From assembly GCA_963778115.1 (NCBI GenBank), contig CAVZSV010000004.1:1472001-1536000 (forward strand): DNA of 64,000 bases, given 5' to 3'. This DNA is from an uncultured delta proteobacterium. Its GTDB lineage: Bacteria > Bdellovibrionota > FAC87 > UBA2466. Under the pieces are notes generated by a model. It was not told the DNA's origin. It worked only from the letters and a program-made list of their open reading frames with translations, and did no database searches. Each line of letters begins with the position of its first letter. The stretch's first letter is position 1. This document shows, one piece after another, positions 9,767 to 19,297 of this stretch. A program made the position numbers and the translations under genes.

Positions 9767-10063
9767 ATGGCTAAGAAGAAAAAGAGCCGCCGTCCAAGTG
9801 GAAAAAAATCTCCCAAGAAATCGGCAAAGAAAACCGCTAAACGGAAACCAGCGAAAAAGAAAACCGCTAGCCGTGGAAAAAAGAAAGCGGCGCGTAAACC
9901 AGCGAAGAAAAAAGCAGCAAAGCGTTCAGCCCCTAAGAGCGCTCCGAAAAAGGCAGCCCCGTCAAACGCGGGTCGAACTCTCGGAACCGCAGCAGCAGCT
10001 GGTCTCGGGGGAGCCGCACTTGGCTCTTTCGTGGCGGGTCGTAGCGGAGCAGGAGAAGAGTAA
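9767..10063 (+). CDS. Lysine/alanine-rich histone H1-like protein
   Basis: AGGAGG RBS; repeated KKSAKK/KPAKKK units; 98 aa. Confidence 0.8.
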   Translation: MAKKKKSRRPSGKKSPKKSAKKTAKRKPAKKKTASRGKKKAARKPAKKKAAKRSAPKSAPKKAAPSNAGRTLGTAAAAGLGGAALGSFVAGRSGAGEE

Positions 10064-10085
10064 GTTTTCCTTCCCTGTCCTCGGT

Positions 10086-11357
10086 CTAGGCTTCTAGACT
10101 GCGACGTATTGCATTAAGCAAATAACTCGAAGCACTCCATTGCGCATCCTCACGGGTGCGCACCGGAATTCTCATCTTCTCGGAAATCGAGACAGCTCCC
10201 TCTTTCACCGCATGTTCTCCCGGTAAGACATGAATGTAGAGCGTGCCCAAAGGGCTCTCCGGTGTTCCTCCGGTCGGTCCTACAAAGCCTGTGATCGCAG
10301 CGGCAATATCGGTATGACTTAGATGCAAAGCGGCACGCGCGAGCGCTTCGGAACAAGTTGCCGAGACCGCTTCGTCGGCGTTTTTTAGATTTACCCCCAA
10401 CATTTTTCCCTTCGCCTCCACGTCGTAACTCACATAGCCGCCCCAAACATAATCCGAAGCGCCCGCAACTCGAGTGAGTCTTTGAACCCCCAACCCCCCG
10501 GTACAAGACTCGACTAGGACGACTTTAAGTTGCCTTCGCCTAAGGCCGTCTCCCACTACTTGCTCGAGATCCTCGTTACCTTCGGTGTAGGTCCAAGGAG
10601 AAAGGATTTCACGGATCTTCTTCTGCCACTGGGCAAAGTCGCTTGTGGAATCACTCTCCCCTCGCTTCCAATAGAGAGTCAGATGGTTTTCGGGGGGGCG
10701 CGTCCGGTATCCTAACCACGCGTTGTTGGGCAATCCCGCTTCGATAGGATCCATGACTCGTTGTAATTCGGATTCCCAAATACCAAGACACCGCCAGACA
10801 TGAGACAAGATTTCACGCGAGCCCATCTCGGTGGCTAAGCGATTTTGGATCTTTGGCATCACGTGCTCAGTGAACATCGTTTTCATCTCGTAAGGAACGC
10901 CGGGCAGAAAAAATAGACAACAATTGTCTATTTCGCACTGAAAGCCGGGAGCCATTCCCTTTGAGTTGGGAAGAGCAGTCGCTCCTTCCGGAAACAAAAC
11001 CTGTTTCAACGATTGCGAGGTGACTTCACGGTTCCGCTCTGCGTAGTATTTGAGCATTCTCTCCTTGGAAGGAGCATGCTCTAAGAGTTTTCCACCCAAA
11101 AGACGCGAAACACACTCGGCGGTTTTGTCGTCAGAAGTAGGACCCAAGCCGCCGAAACAGACTACCATTCCCGCATGACGCGCTCGCTCGAGCAACGTCT
11201 CTCGCATCACTTCAAAATCGTCGGCAATCACCGTCTGCCGATCTAACCGTAATCCCCTTTTGAAAAGTTCATCCGCGACAAAGGCGGAATTGGTGTCTGC
11301 GGTCTTTCCGGTAAGAAGTTCATCACCAATCGCAACCGTTTCGATTTGTGTTTTCAT
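10086..11357 (-). CDS. cinA: Competence/damage-inducible protein CinA (MoCF-like + PncC domains)
   Basis: IGDELLTG..DTNS, GGLGPTSDD, LPGVPYEM, ESCTGG, AITGFVGPTGG. Confidence 0.95.
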   Translation of the reverse strand: MKTQIETVAIGDELLTGKTADTNSAFVADELFKRGLRLDRQTVIADDFEVMRETLLERARHAGMVVCFGGLGPTSDDKTAECVSRLLGGKLLEHAPSKERMLKYYAERNREVTSQSLKQVLFPEGATALPNSKGMAPGFQCEIDNCCLFFLPGVPYEMKTMFTEHVMPKIQNRLATEMGSREILSHVWRCLGIWESELQRVMDPIEAGLPNNAWLGYRTRPPENHLTLYWKRGESDSTSDFAQWQKKIREILSPWTYTEGNEDLEQVVGDGLRRRQLKVVLVESCTGGLGVQRLTRVAGASDYVWGGYVSYDVEAKGKMLGVNLKNADEAVSATCSEALARAALHLSHTDIAAAITGFVGPTGGTPESPLGTLYIHVLPGEHAVKEGAVSISEKMRIPVRTREDAQWSASSYLLNAIRRSLEA

Positions 11358-11425
11358 GGTAACAATTCGCCACTACATCGGTCGCTTGCCAAAAATAGTC
11401 TCCGTAGCCGCTGAGCAATTACTTT

Positions 11426-11833
11426 TCATTCGCCTTTGGGAAAACCCGGCTCTGACGAACGTTTGCGGACGATGACCTTTTTCTCAAGCCGCTTACGCTC
11501 CTCTTCACGGGCTTTAAGTTCTTCTTCGCGACGTTTTTCAGCTTCCACACGGAGCTCACCAATCTTAGTGATCCACCGAGGGAGATCTTCCACTTCGGCC
11601 ACTCGGAATCTCACCATCTCTTTGAGGCATGGTGTCGCGACTCTTAACTTCTTTCCCGAACGATTCTTGATCACCATGATTTCATCGGCATGGGAAGTAA
11701 GACAGAGTTCACAATGGTGCGGTTCGAAGTATACGTGGCCGCTTACACAGCTCACACTCGAGCCCGATTCTAAAAAGATGCCCATGATCTGAGCCATCTT
11801 TCTGCGAAGACGATCTTTTTCTAAAGGATCCAC
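11426..11833 (-). CDS. Hypothetical protein with Cys/His cluster and C-terminal coiled coil
   Basis: CVSGH..HHCELCLTSH..C motif, E/R/K-rich helix; GTG start at 11833 assumed. Confidence 0.75.
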   Translation of the reverse strand: MDPLEKDRLRRKMAQIMGIFLESGSSVSCVSGHVYFEPHHCELCLTSHADEIMVIKNRSGKKLRVATPCLKEMVRFRVAEVEDLPRWITKIGELRVEAEKRREEELKAREEERKRLEKKVIVRKRSSEPGFPKGE

Positions 11834-11930
11834 GACTCGGGCCTTTCTGTAGCTCGGAACCAAATGACGGTAACGCGACTAATATGATACATATCAAAGT
11901 TAATCTAATAAAATCAATACAGGGGCTTTA

Positions 11931-12587
11931 GTGGCTGCATCGACGTCCTCTTCAAGACTTAGGGTTTATCTAAAGAACGCAACCCTCTTTTTTCTCATTA
12001 TTGCTATTGCTTACGTACCCCAAATCCTTCCCATTCTTAAACCCCTGCGCGAGTTCTTTATTCGCCGAACGGGCTGGAACTGGAGCTTTCCGATTACCCT
12101 TTTCTTCGCCACGCTGGCGGGCAGCTTCCTGATTCAAGTAGATCGAGAAGAGGAAGCCAAGACCAAATTAAGAATCGCGGGGCTTCTTTTCGTCGTGGCC
12201 TATTTCATTCTGAGGCTGGGAATTCCCCACGGCAAACTAACCGAAGTTCGTATCATCGGAATCCCCTTCGTTTTTTTCTCGGCTTTTCTAGAGGAGTTTT
12301 TGTTTCGACGAGTCGGATTTGAGGCGCTGCGAAAGTTGGAAGAGAAGTTTTACCGAGATCCCAATTTAAGACGGCTGGGCCCCGTCAGTTTGCTTTATAC
12401 CTGTTTCTTGGCCGGGGTACTCCACGGTGTTGGGCCTATGTTCACAGGCCATGGCTTTGACTGGCTAGCCTATGCCTCCGAATTCGATGCCTCGGTGTTT
12501 TATTCCTTCCTTTACGTCCTCTCACGCTCGGTTTGGGTGCCTGGATTCGCCCATTTTTTGACAGGCCTCATCAAAATATTGTGGTAA
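11931..12587 (+). CDS. CPBP (Abi/CAAX) family intramembrane metalloprotease
   Basis: EEFLFRR motif, later FLAGVLH and AH motifs, multiple TM helices. Confidence 0.75.
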   Translation: MAASTSSSRLRVYLKNATLFFLIIAIAYVPQILPILKPLREFFIRRTGWNWSFPITLFFATLAGSFLIQVDREEEAKTKLRIAGLLFVVAYFILRLGIPHGKLTEVRIIGIPFVFFSAFLEEFLFRRVGFEALRKLEEKFYRDPNLRRLGPVSLLYTCFLAGVLHGVGPMFTGHGFDWLAYASEFDASVFYSFLYVLSRSVWVPGFAHFLTGLIKILW

Positions 12588-12598
12588 AAGGTGAGGCG

Positions 12599-15013
12599 AT
12601 GAAAATCATTCGCCAGCTAGTCCCTACCGTCGCTTTTTTAGTGCTTATTTTGTGCCCCCTTTCTTACGGGGCCGAGTTTGGTTCCGAGACGCTGGAAAAA
12701 ACGACATCTATTTCGAATGCCTATGAATCTCGAAGCCTCTTTACCAATCCCGCGGCATTGGGCTATCAAACCGAACTTAATGGAGCTCCCCTTCTTTCGT
12801 CTTTCACCTACGGTCTTAATCAAGGCACGGATAACGAATTTTCCACTTCATTAGCCTTGGGATACTTCGGCCTAGGAGCGGAACGCTTGGCCGATCCTAA
12901 CGGTAACGGAATGTTTACCCGTTACGATTTGGGCGTGGGAATTCCACTGACGACAAAGTGGTACTTTGGAACTCGCTATCGCTTCACCCGCTCCGACGCT
13001 TTAGCTCTCGATCACGTCAACTCATGGGATTTTGGTTTTCAATGGCGCCCTTCGGAAAAGATCTCGTTTGGTCTCATGGGTGTCGGGGTAAATACGCCGC
13101 AAGTTGCCGGAACCACTGTTCCCGCGCAACTGGTACTGGGAACCACAGTACGGCCTATTCCTAAGATCGAATTAAGCGCCGATGTGGGAACCTACTCCTC
13201 TTCCTTTGCCAAAGTGTTCTCTTATCAAGTGACGGCAAGTTATGAAGTGGCATCCGGACTTCAAGTGAGAGCTGCCTATCAAAGAGACGAAAAATTTCTC
13301 TTTGGCTTTCAACTCAATTTCGACAGAGCCTCTGTGTATTCGGTAGGGCAACCGGCGGCCAACCAGCAGAGTCTGATGGCGGGAATTCAACTTTCCACTA
13401 AACCCTACAAGAGTTTTTTGACCCCCGACTCGGCATTAAAGGTGGAGGTATCCGACAACCTTCATGAGACCTCGTCCCCGGGCGGACTTTTCAGAACCGA
13501 ACGTCCGTCCCTTTTGGGACTATTACGTAAACTAGAAAGAGCCAGAAGAGATCCCTCAATTAAACTAGTCGCCATTAAAATGCAGCAATTTCCCTTGGGC
13601 ATGGCCTCGGCTCAAGAGGTTCATCAAGCTATTCTAAGACTCAAAGAGAGTGGAAAACGTGTGGAAGTATTCTTGGGAAATGCCGGCATCAAAGAATACT
13701 TAATAGCGTGTGCCGCCACTAAAGTTTTTGTGGAACCTTCTGCCGAATTGCGTTTTCTTGGTCTTCGGTCCGAGCGTTATTACGTTAAAGGCACTCTCGA
13801 TAAATTGGGAGTCGAAGGTCAATTTTTAGCCAGAGGAAAATATAAATCGGCTCCCGAGATGTTCACCCGCACGGATAGCTCCGCTCCAAGCAAAGAGGAG
13901 ACGATGGAAGAGCTCGCTCAGGCCGAGACCATCATTTCAGACACCCTTTTCAAAACAAGACATATCTCGCGAACTCAATGGGAGACTTTGCTTAGGACCG
14001 CCCTTCTGGATGCCAATCAGGCGAAAACGGCGGGCTTGGTAGACGAGATTAATCACATGGACGTTGCTCTGAAATCGGAGCCTTTGGCTATTCGCGAAAC
14101 CTTAGAAATGACTTCCGACAAATTGGCACTTCCCCCTCGAATCGCCGTCATTGTAGCTTCAGGAGACATTTTACAGAAAAAGATTTCGGTCCTGTCGCTT
14201 GTCGGCGAACCCCAAATTACGCCAGACCGAATGCGACAGCACTTTCGGGAAGCTTTAGCAGACCCTAGAACGGAAGCTATCGTATTTCGCGTCTCCAGCC
14301 CCGGAGGAGAGGTCGTCGCCAGCGATGAAATCGCTTCCCTGGTAAGAGCCGCGGATAAGGAAGGAAAGCCTGTCATTGTGACAATGGGAGATGTCGCAGC
14401 GAGCGGCGGTTATCTGATTTCCGCTCCCGCGAGACAAATTTTTGCAGACCCCTTAACTATCACTGGCTCCATCGGTGTGTTCTTAGGCAAATTCAACTTA
14501 GGGGAATTGTATAAAAAGATCGACCTTCACAAAGAAATACTAACCCAGGCCCCGTTCGCAGGCCTGCTCACCGAAGACCGATCCTGGACGAAAGAGGAGC
14601 GTGAGATCTTAGCCAAACGGCTTAACCAATATTATGAAGGCTTTGTGAAATTCGTCGCTCAGGAACGCAAGCTTTCGCTGGACCATGTCGAGGATGTCGC
14701 CCAGGGAAGGGTCTGGTTAGGTTCGGAAGCATTCAAACAACATCTTACGGACGCCGAAGGCGGATACTACGAAGCGATTCAATATGCGGCTCGGCAAGTC
14801 GGGCGAACTCCCGAAGAGATCGAAACCCATATGATCCAAGATCCTCGTGGGCTTCTTGAATTCTTTAGTCCGGAAGATGTCTTTGGACGGGATCCTCTGA
14901 CGTCACTAGCGGGAGAAGTCTTTTCGCCCAACCTACTGGACGAAATCCGGTGGATGTCGAGGGTTAGGGAATCGCCTTTTTTATATTTATCGCCAGTAAG
15001 AAGTTTGGAGTAG
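12599..15013 (+). CDS. sppA: Signal peptide peptidase SppA (S49, two-domain) with N-terminal predicted beta-barrel
   Basis: GKYKSA (Lys), RVSSPGG, GDVAASGGY (Ser), TITGSIGV, AQGRVWLG; GAGG RBS before ATG 12599. Confidence 0.9.
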   Translation: MKIIRQLVPTVAFLVLILCPLSYGAEFGSETLEKTTSISNAYESRSLFTNPAALGYQTELNGAPLLSSFTYGLNQGTDNEFSTSLALGYFGLGAERLADPNGNGMFTRYDLGVGIPLTTKWYFGTRYRFTRSDALALDHVNSWDFGFQWRPSEKISFGLMGVGVNTPQVAGTTVPAQLVLGTTVRPIPKIELSADVGTYSSSFAKVFSYQVTASYEVASGLQVRAAYQRDEKFLFGFQLNFDRASVYSVGQPAANQQSLMAGIQLSTKPYKSFLTPDSALKVEVSDNLHETSSPGGLFRTERPSLLGLLRKLERARRDPSIKLVAIKMQQFPLGMASAQEVHQAILRLKESGKRVEVFLGNAGIKEYLIACAATKVFVEPSAELRFLGLRSERYYVKGTLDKLGVEGQFLARGKYKSAPEMFTRTDSSAPSKEETMEELAQAETIISDTLFKTRHISRTQWETLLRTALLDANQAKTAGLVDEINHMDVALKSEPLAIRETLEMTSDKLALPPRIAVIVASGDILQKKISVLSLVGEPQITPDRMRQHFREALADPRTEAIVFRVSSPGGEVVASDEIASLVRAADKEGKPVIVTMGDVAASGGYLISAPARQIFADPLTITGSIGVFLGKFNLGELYKKIDLHKEILTQAPFAGLLTEDRSWTKEEREILAKRLNQYYEGFVKFVAQERKLSLDHVEDVAQGRVWLGSEAFKQHLTDAEGGYYEAIQYAARQVGRTPEEIETHMIQDPRGLLEFFSPEDVFGRDPLTSLAGEVFSPNLLDEIRWMSRVRESPFLYLSPVRSLE

Positions 15014-15018
15014 CTTTC

Positions 15019-15116
15019 GTCCACGTCCCTGGGAATGGCCAACTCCATGTCCACGTCTACATTTGACATGGACTTAAACATGAACCTGAACCGCCCCCCT
15101 AGACGTGAACGTCGAT
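15019..15116. repeat. Inverted array of degenerate hexamers (GTCCAC/GTCTAC then ATGGAC/ATGAAC/GTGAAC)
   Basis: 6-nt periodic units; left-half units are reverse complements of right-half units; similar array at 39859-39941. Confidence 0.65.
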
Positions 15117-15180
15117 CTTTACGATCGCCTCACCGCTTGACACACCGAGCCTAAACATGAAATGAAAGATCCATAGGGGA

Positions 15181-15203
15181 GACCAGTGTCCTAAACACTG
15201 GTC
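15181..15203 (+). promoter_or_regulatory. Perfect 9-bp hairpin upstream of the subtilase start
   Basis: GACCAGTGT-cctaa-ACACTGGTC, 18 nt before the ATG; TTGACA at 15137. Confidence 0.4.
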
Positions 15204-15221
15204 TGGTTATTTGGGGGGGGC

Positions 15222-18188
15222 ATGCAAAGACTTTGGGTTTTATTTCCGCTTCTTGTTCTGTCCACCGCCTGCTCCAAGCCAAAAGTTGATCGTAGCAATA
15301 GTCCCCAATTCGTCGATTCCGCTTCCGTTCAATCGATTTTGATCGCTAGCGAAGAGTGGAGTTTTGATGCCTGCAGACAAGAAATTCAATCCAGCGGCGG
15401 CAAAGTTCTCTACCAAAATAATCTCGGAGTATTCATGACCGATGCCAAGGCCGCTTCGCTCCACTTAAAGGAGTGCAAGGCTATGGTCACGGATAACACT
15501 CTTCTCCCCGCAGCCCCTCCCGCGGCTACCGAAAGCTCTCCTCAAAACGATCTGTCAGCCCTCCTTAGATTGATCCCGGCCGAAGAGATAGGGGCACGCT
15601 CATTCGTCCAATCCCATCCCCACTATGACGGACGTGGAGTTATTATCGCCATTTTAGATACCGGAATAGAACTCGATCACCCGGTACTTAACAAGACTCC
15701 GGATGGATCTTTTAAGACGCTCGATTTTCAAGACTTCTCGGGCGAAGGGCGAGTGACACTAACTGCTATCGCTAAAGACCAGGACGGCTCGGTGAAAACT
15801 CCCAATGGAAATTACCAAGCTAAAACCGTCGAAGGAAGTGACTTTCGTTGGGGAACCTTTAAAGGTTCTTCCCTTAGTTATTCAAGCGGCCTCTCCTCCA
15901 ATGATACTTTTAGCGATGTTGCGGTTCTCGCTTATAAAAATGCTGCTGGCGACTGGCGCGCCCGCGTCGATACGAATAACGACAGCAATTTTGACGATGA
16001 AACCGAATTGTACGATTTCCGCGAATCTCGTCTTTTTACGAAGTTAGGGGCAAAAAAATCTCTCACCGTTTCGGTTACGATTGCCACAAGCGGGAATACC
16101 CTTACTCTTAATTTCGATGACGGATCCCACGGCACTCATGTCGCTGGAATTGCGGCGGGATATGACCCTAAAGGGATGCAGGGAGTCGCCCCCGGGGCTC
16201 AAATCGTTCTGGGAAAGATTGGCGACAATCGTATCCCGGGCGGACCTACCTCCACCTCGTCGATCATGTTGGCCATCGATTTTGCGGTTCAAAGCAAAGC
16301 CCAAATCGTCAATATGAGCTACGGCGCTTCGCCCGGATCAAATCTAGGCACAAGTGCCGTCGACCAATACGTAGATCGAGTCGCTAAAGAAAGAGGTATT
16401 CTCTTTAGTATCAGCGGCGGTAATGACGGTCCGGGGTTACTGACCGTGGGAGTCCCCGGTGGGGCGAATCTCGCTATCACCAATGGTGCGTATCTCTCAC
16501 GAAAAACGGCCGCCGATAATTACGGGTGGATAGGGCTAGAACAAGATGGCATGTGGTTTTTCTCTTCAGTCGGCCCAAGGCTTGACGGAGGATGGAAGCC
16601 AACTCTGCTAGCTCCGGGAACAGCACTCTCTAGTGTTCCCAAATGGAGTGGAAATTTCGGGAATTATAGTGGGACTTCCATGGCCTCTCCTGAAACCACC
16701 GGTGGACTAGCACTTCTATTGAGTGCGGCACAGCAGCAAAAGCTGCTCACTGATCGCGCCTCGGTAACGCGGGCCGTTTACGATTCGGCCAAACGGCTGG
16801 AAGGGATATCTTTAATTGAACAAGGGCACGGGCTATTTAATGTGCCAGCAGCTTTTACTAAATTGTCCCAAATGAAATCGCGCCCCACGGAATTCACTCT
16901 CTCGGTTACCAATCCTGTTTCTCCAACGGGAACCGGCGGTGGAATTTTTGTCAGAGGCCGCAGACTTCCTGAAAATAATTTTTCGGTGTCGGTATCTCCT
17001 GTCATAGAAGATTCTGCGTCGAAAGCAGATCTCCCTTTGAGGACCTTAAAATTGGTTCCCTCGGCAAACTGGATCCGCCTCCCCGAGGAATTGTGGATCC
17101 AATCAACTCCGCGCAGCTTCCAGGTCCGGCTAGATCCCGCTGTTCTTTCGCAACCAGGACTTCACTCTGAAGTCATTACGGCAGTGGACAACCAGAGCGG
17201 AGAAGTGGCGTTTGAAGTCCCAGTAACCGTGGTAGCACCTTATACTTTAGACGACGTCAATCAACACACATTCACCGCAAACGATACCGCACACGTAGGA
17301 AAAACGCTTCGATACTTTTTGGATATCCCCTCGGGAACCACGTCATTGAGTATAGAACTTAGTTCAGACGGTCCGGCCATTTCGGGACAACTCTTAGACC
17401 CGGAAGGAAAAACGGTAACTGCACTCAAAGACTCGACGACTTCCAGCCCTTTACCACCGCTATCTGTGGCAACTAATATTTCCCGGGCGGGGGTTTATGA
17501 ATTCGACGTAGTGGCTTCGCCAGCGCTTTCTTCCCCAGGGAAAATTCAACTTAAGATTAAAGCCTATAGCCTCTCGATCGCCCTGGGCCCCGAAGAAGAG
17601 CCTCAAAAGTTTACGGCATTCGTCCAAAATAATTTCGAGCCGATTAAAGTGGTCCCTTCGATTTCTCTCAACGCCGTAAGATCACAGCGGACGATACTCG
17701 TAAAAGGGTCTGGAACCCAGCTTCCGATCTCTCTTTCAGAGGAAGATCGTAAATTATTCAGCGGCGTGACGCTCAAATTTGTTACCGCGAAATCCACTTA
17801 CGACCTAATGACGGATTTTCCCTACCGGGTTTTGGATAGCCAAGGGGCGGCAGTAACTTCGGGGGGGTTGGATATGAATTCGACGGTAGGTTTTGCAAAT
17901 TTAGATAAATTGCCCGGAGGAGATCTTTCCTTGGAAGTGTCAGGCTCATTTACTACGGAAGCACCTAACCATTGGTCGTTCACTTTGACGGAAAGCCGTC
18001 TATTAATAAACCCAGTGAATATGGGTACCTCTTCGCGTTTCTCATTAGAGACTGGCCAGCAAAAGGGAATCGCTATTGATCTAAATTCAATTCAAAATCC
18101 GCTGGCTAAGGGGTTTGATAATTGCGCGACGCTATCGTTAGCCGATCCCAACGGAAAGGTATTACAGACGACCCCTCTTTGTCGGTAA
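15222..18188 (+). CDS. S8 subtilase lipoprotein, tripeptidyl-peptidase II-like
   Basis: Lipobox LSTAC; catalytic DTG, HGTHVAG, GTSMASP; long insertion between Asp and His as in TPP-II. Confidence 0.92.
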   Translation: MQRLWVLFPLLVLSTACSKPKVDRSNSPQFVDSASVQSILIASEEWSFDACRQEIQSSGGKVLYQNNLGVFMTDAKAASLHLKECKAMVTDNTLLPAAPPAATESSPQNDLSALLRLIPAEEIGARSFVQSHPHYDGRGVIIAILDTGIELDHPVLNKTPDGSFKTLDFQDFSGEGRVTLTAIAKDQDGSVKTPNGNYQAKTVEGSDFRWGTFKGSSLSYSSGLSSNDTFSDVAVLAYKNAAGDWRARVDTNNDSNFDDETELYDFRESRLFTKLGAKKSLTVSVTIATSGNTLTLNFDDGSHGTHVAGIAAGYDPKGMQGVAPGAQIVLGKIGDNRIPGGPTSTSSIMLAIDFAVQSKAQIVNMSYGASPGSNLGTSAVDQYVDRVAKERGILFSISGGNDGPGLLTVGVPGGANLAITNGAYLSRKTAADNYGWIGLEQDGMWFFSSVGPRLDGGWKPTLLAPGTALSSVPKWSGNFGNYSGTSMASPETTGGLALLLSAAQQQKLLTDRASVTRAVYDSAKRLEGISLIEQGHGLFNVPAAFTKLSQMKSRPTEFTLSVTNPVSPTGTGGGIFVRGRRLPENNFSVSVSPVIEDSASKADLPLRTLKLVPSANWIRLPEELWIQSTPRSFQVRLDPAVLSQPGLHSEVITAVDNQSGEVAFEVPVTVVAPYTLDDVNQHTFTANDTAHVGKTLRYFLDIPSGTTSLSIELSSDGPAISGQLLDPEGKTVTALKDSTTSSPLPPLSVATNISRAGVYEFDVVASPALSSPGKIQLKIKAYSLSIALGPEEEPQKFTAFVQNNFEPIKVVPSISLNAVRSQRTILVKGSGTQLPISLSEEDRKLFSGVTLKFVTAKSTYDLMTDFPYRVLDSQGAAVTSGGLDMNSTVGFANLDKLPGGDLSLEVSGSFTTEAPNHWSFTLTESRLLINPVNMGTSSRFSLETGQQKGIAIDLNSIQNPLAKGFDNCATLSLADPNGKVLQTTPLCR

Positions 18189-18193
18189 GAACT

Positions 18194-18649
18194 TTATTCG
18201 ATACCGCCGATGGAATTAGGAAGCACAGGAGGAGCGACGGCTACTTGGGGCGGAAGAAATAACTTCAGCAAGGCTATCTCTTGAACGCCTGAGTCCGAAG
18301 AGAAGAACCGGCTCGAAAACACCAGACTTTGACCGGTTTTCCACACCAGCCTATCGGAGGGGGCCACTTCGGAAACGATGGGAATTTCACGTAGGACCGT
18401 TTTTCTAAAATCAGAAATCGCGTGAGAGAGATCAGAATATTGGGTATCCAATCGCTCCAAATCCATGACCACGGCCTCTTTTTCCTCGACCGTCATATCG
18501 TGAGCACGTTTGGTTTGGGAAGGAAGGATCTTCCAGGCCACGACGATGGAGCTCATACAAAGCACCAATAAAGCCATAGCCAGCAAGCCACGTCGACTTC
18601 CTATTTTTCTAAGGTTCGTAAGATTAACAAACAGCACCGTACACTCCAC
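18194..18649 (-). CDS. Hypothetical membrane-anchored protein (start uncertain)
   Basis: Single N-terminal TM helix; convergent with the subtilase. Confidence 0.6.
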   Translation of the reverse strand: MECTVLFVNLTNLRKIGSRRGLLAMALLVLCMSSIVVAWKILPSQTKRAHDMTVEEKEAVVMDLERLDTQYSDLSHAISDFRKTVLREIPIVSEVAPSDRLVWKTGQSLVFSSRFFSSDSGVQEIALLKLFLPPQVAVAPPVLPNSIGGIE

Positions 18650-18798
18650 GTCTTAACGCACCACGGGGGTGGCACTGTGGAGAAGAAAGCAAGGACTGGG
18701 CCGGGGAGGTGGTGCGTGGCACAGACTGCCAAAAGGGATGAGGGCGCAATTTCGTCACTGGAATGTATACGAGGCCGACGGGCAGTGGCCTCTTTCTC

Positions 18799-19110
18799 TT
18801 AAAAGTTTGCGATTAAACAATATCGGTAGTTTAGGTAACCGACCTTTTGGAGGATCTTAAGCTTGAAGTACTCCATGTCTTTGTAGCCATAGGCCTGCCA
18901 TTTAAGCTCCTTGATAGCCCGATTAATGCCCTCCGAAAGGCCTGTGGTGACAGGGAAACGGAAGTAGTTTTTGAGAGTACCCCAGCCCTTTTCGAGATTG
19001 CGGTGCCAGTCCATGAGGTGAGCGAAGCCTGCCTGCCAGATCCAGTCACCGATCTGATCCCACACCACTCTAGCCGAGGTTTCGTCCTTTTCCTGAAAGA
19101 AGGTGAGCCC
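18799..19110 (-). mobile_element. ISL3-family transposase C-terminal remnant
   Basis: LKNYFRFPVTTGLSEGINRAIKELKWQAYGYKDMEYFKLKIL matches the ISL3 C-terminal motif; N-terminal part absent. Confidence 0.85.
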
Positions 19111-19297
19111 CATCTCCTTCACTAAAAACCAACACAAAGAAGAATACCCTTCTACCGCAAAAATCTTTCGCTGCTCTATCACAGCTAGGTACGCTAATAC
19201 CTGCGCTTGAATCTTTCTTTCGGCTTTTGCTGACCGACGAAATCGACTTACTAACTCACTATCGTTTAAAGAAAGCGCTATAAAATCTTGTCTCCAC
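19111..19297 (-). pseudogene. N-terminal remnant of an HNH-endonuclease (DUF222-like) gene, fused in frame to the ISL3 remnant
   Basis: Reading upstream in frame gives LSLNDSELVSRFRRSAKAERKIQAQVLAYLAVIEQRKIFAVEGYSSLCWFLVKEMGL; the GGAGG + GTG at 19297 is out of frame. Confidence 0.65.

Noticed and set aside
9723..10097. Alternative 124-aa Arg-rich ORF overlapping the H1-like gene
   Set aside because: Shadow frame of low-complexity sequence; the AGGAGG RBS fits ATG 9767
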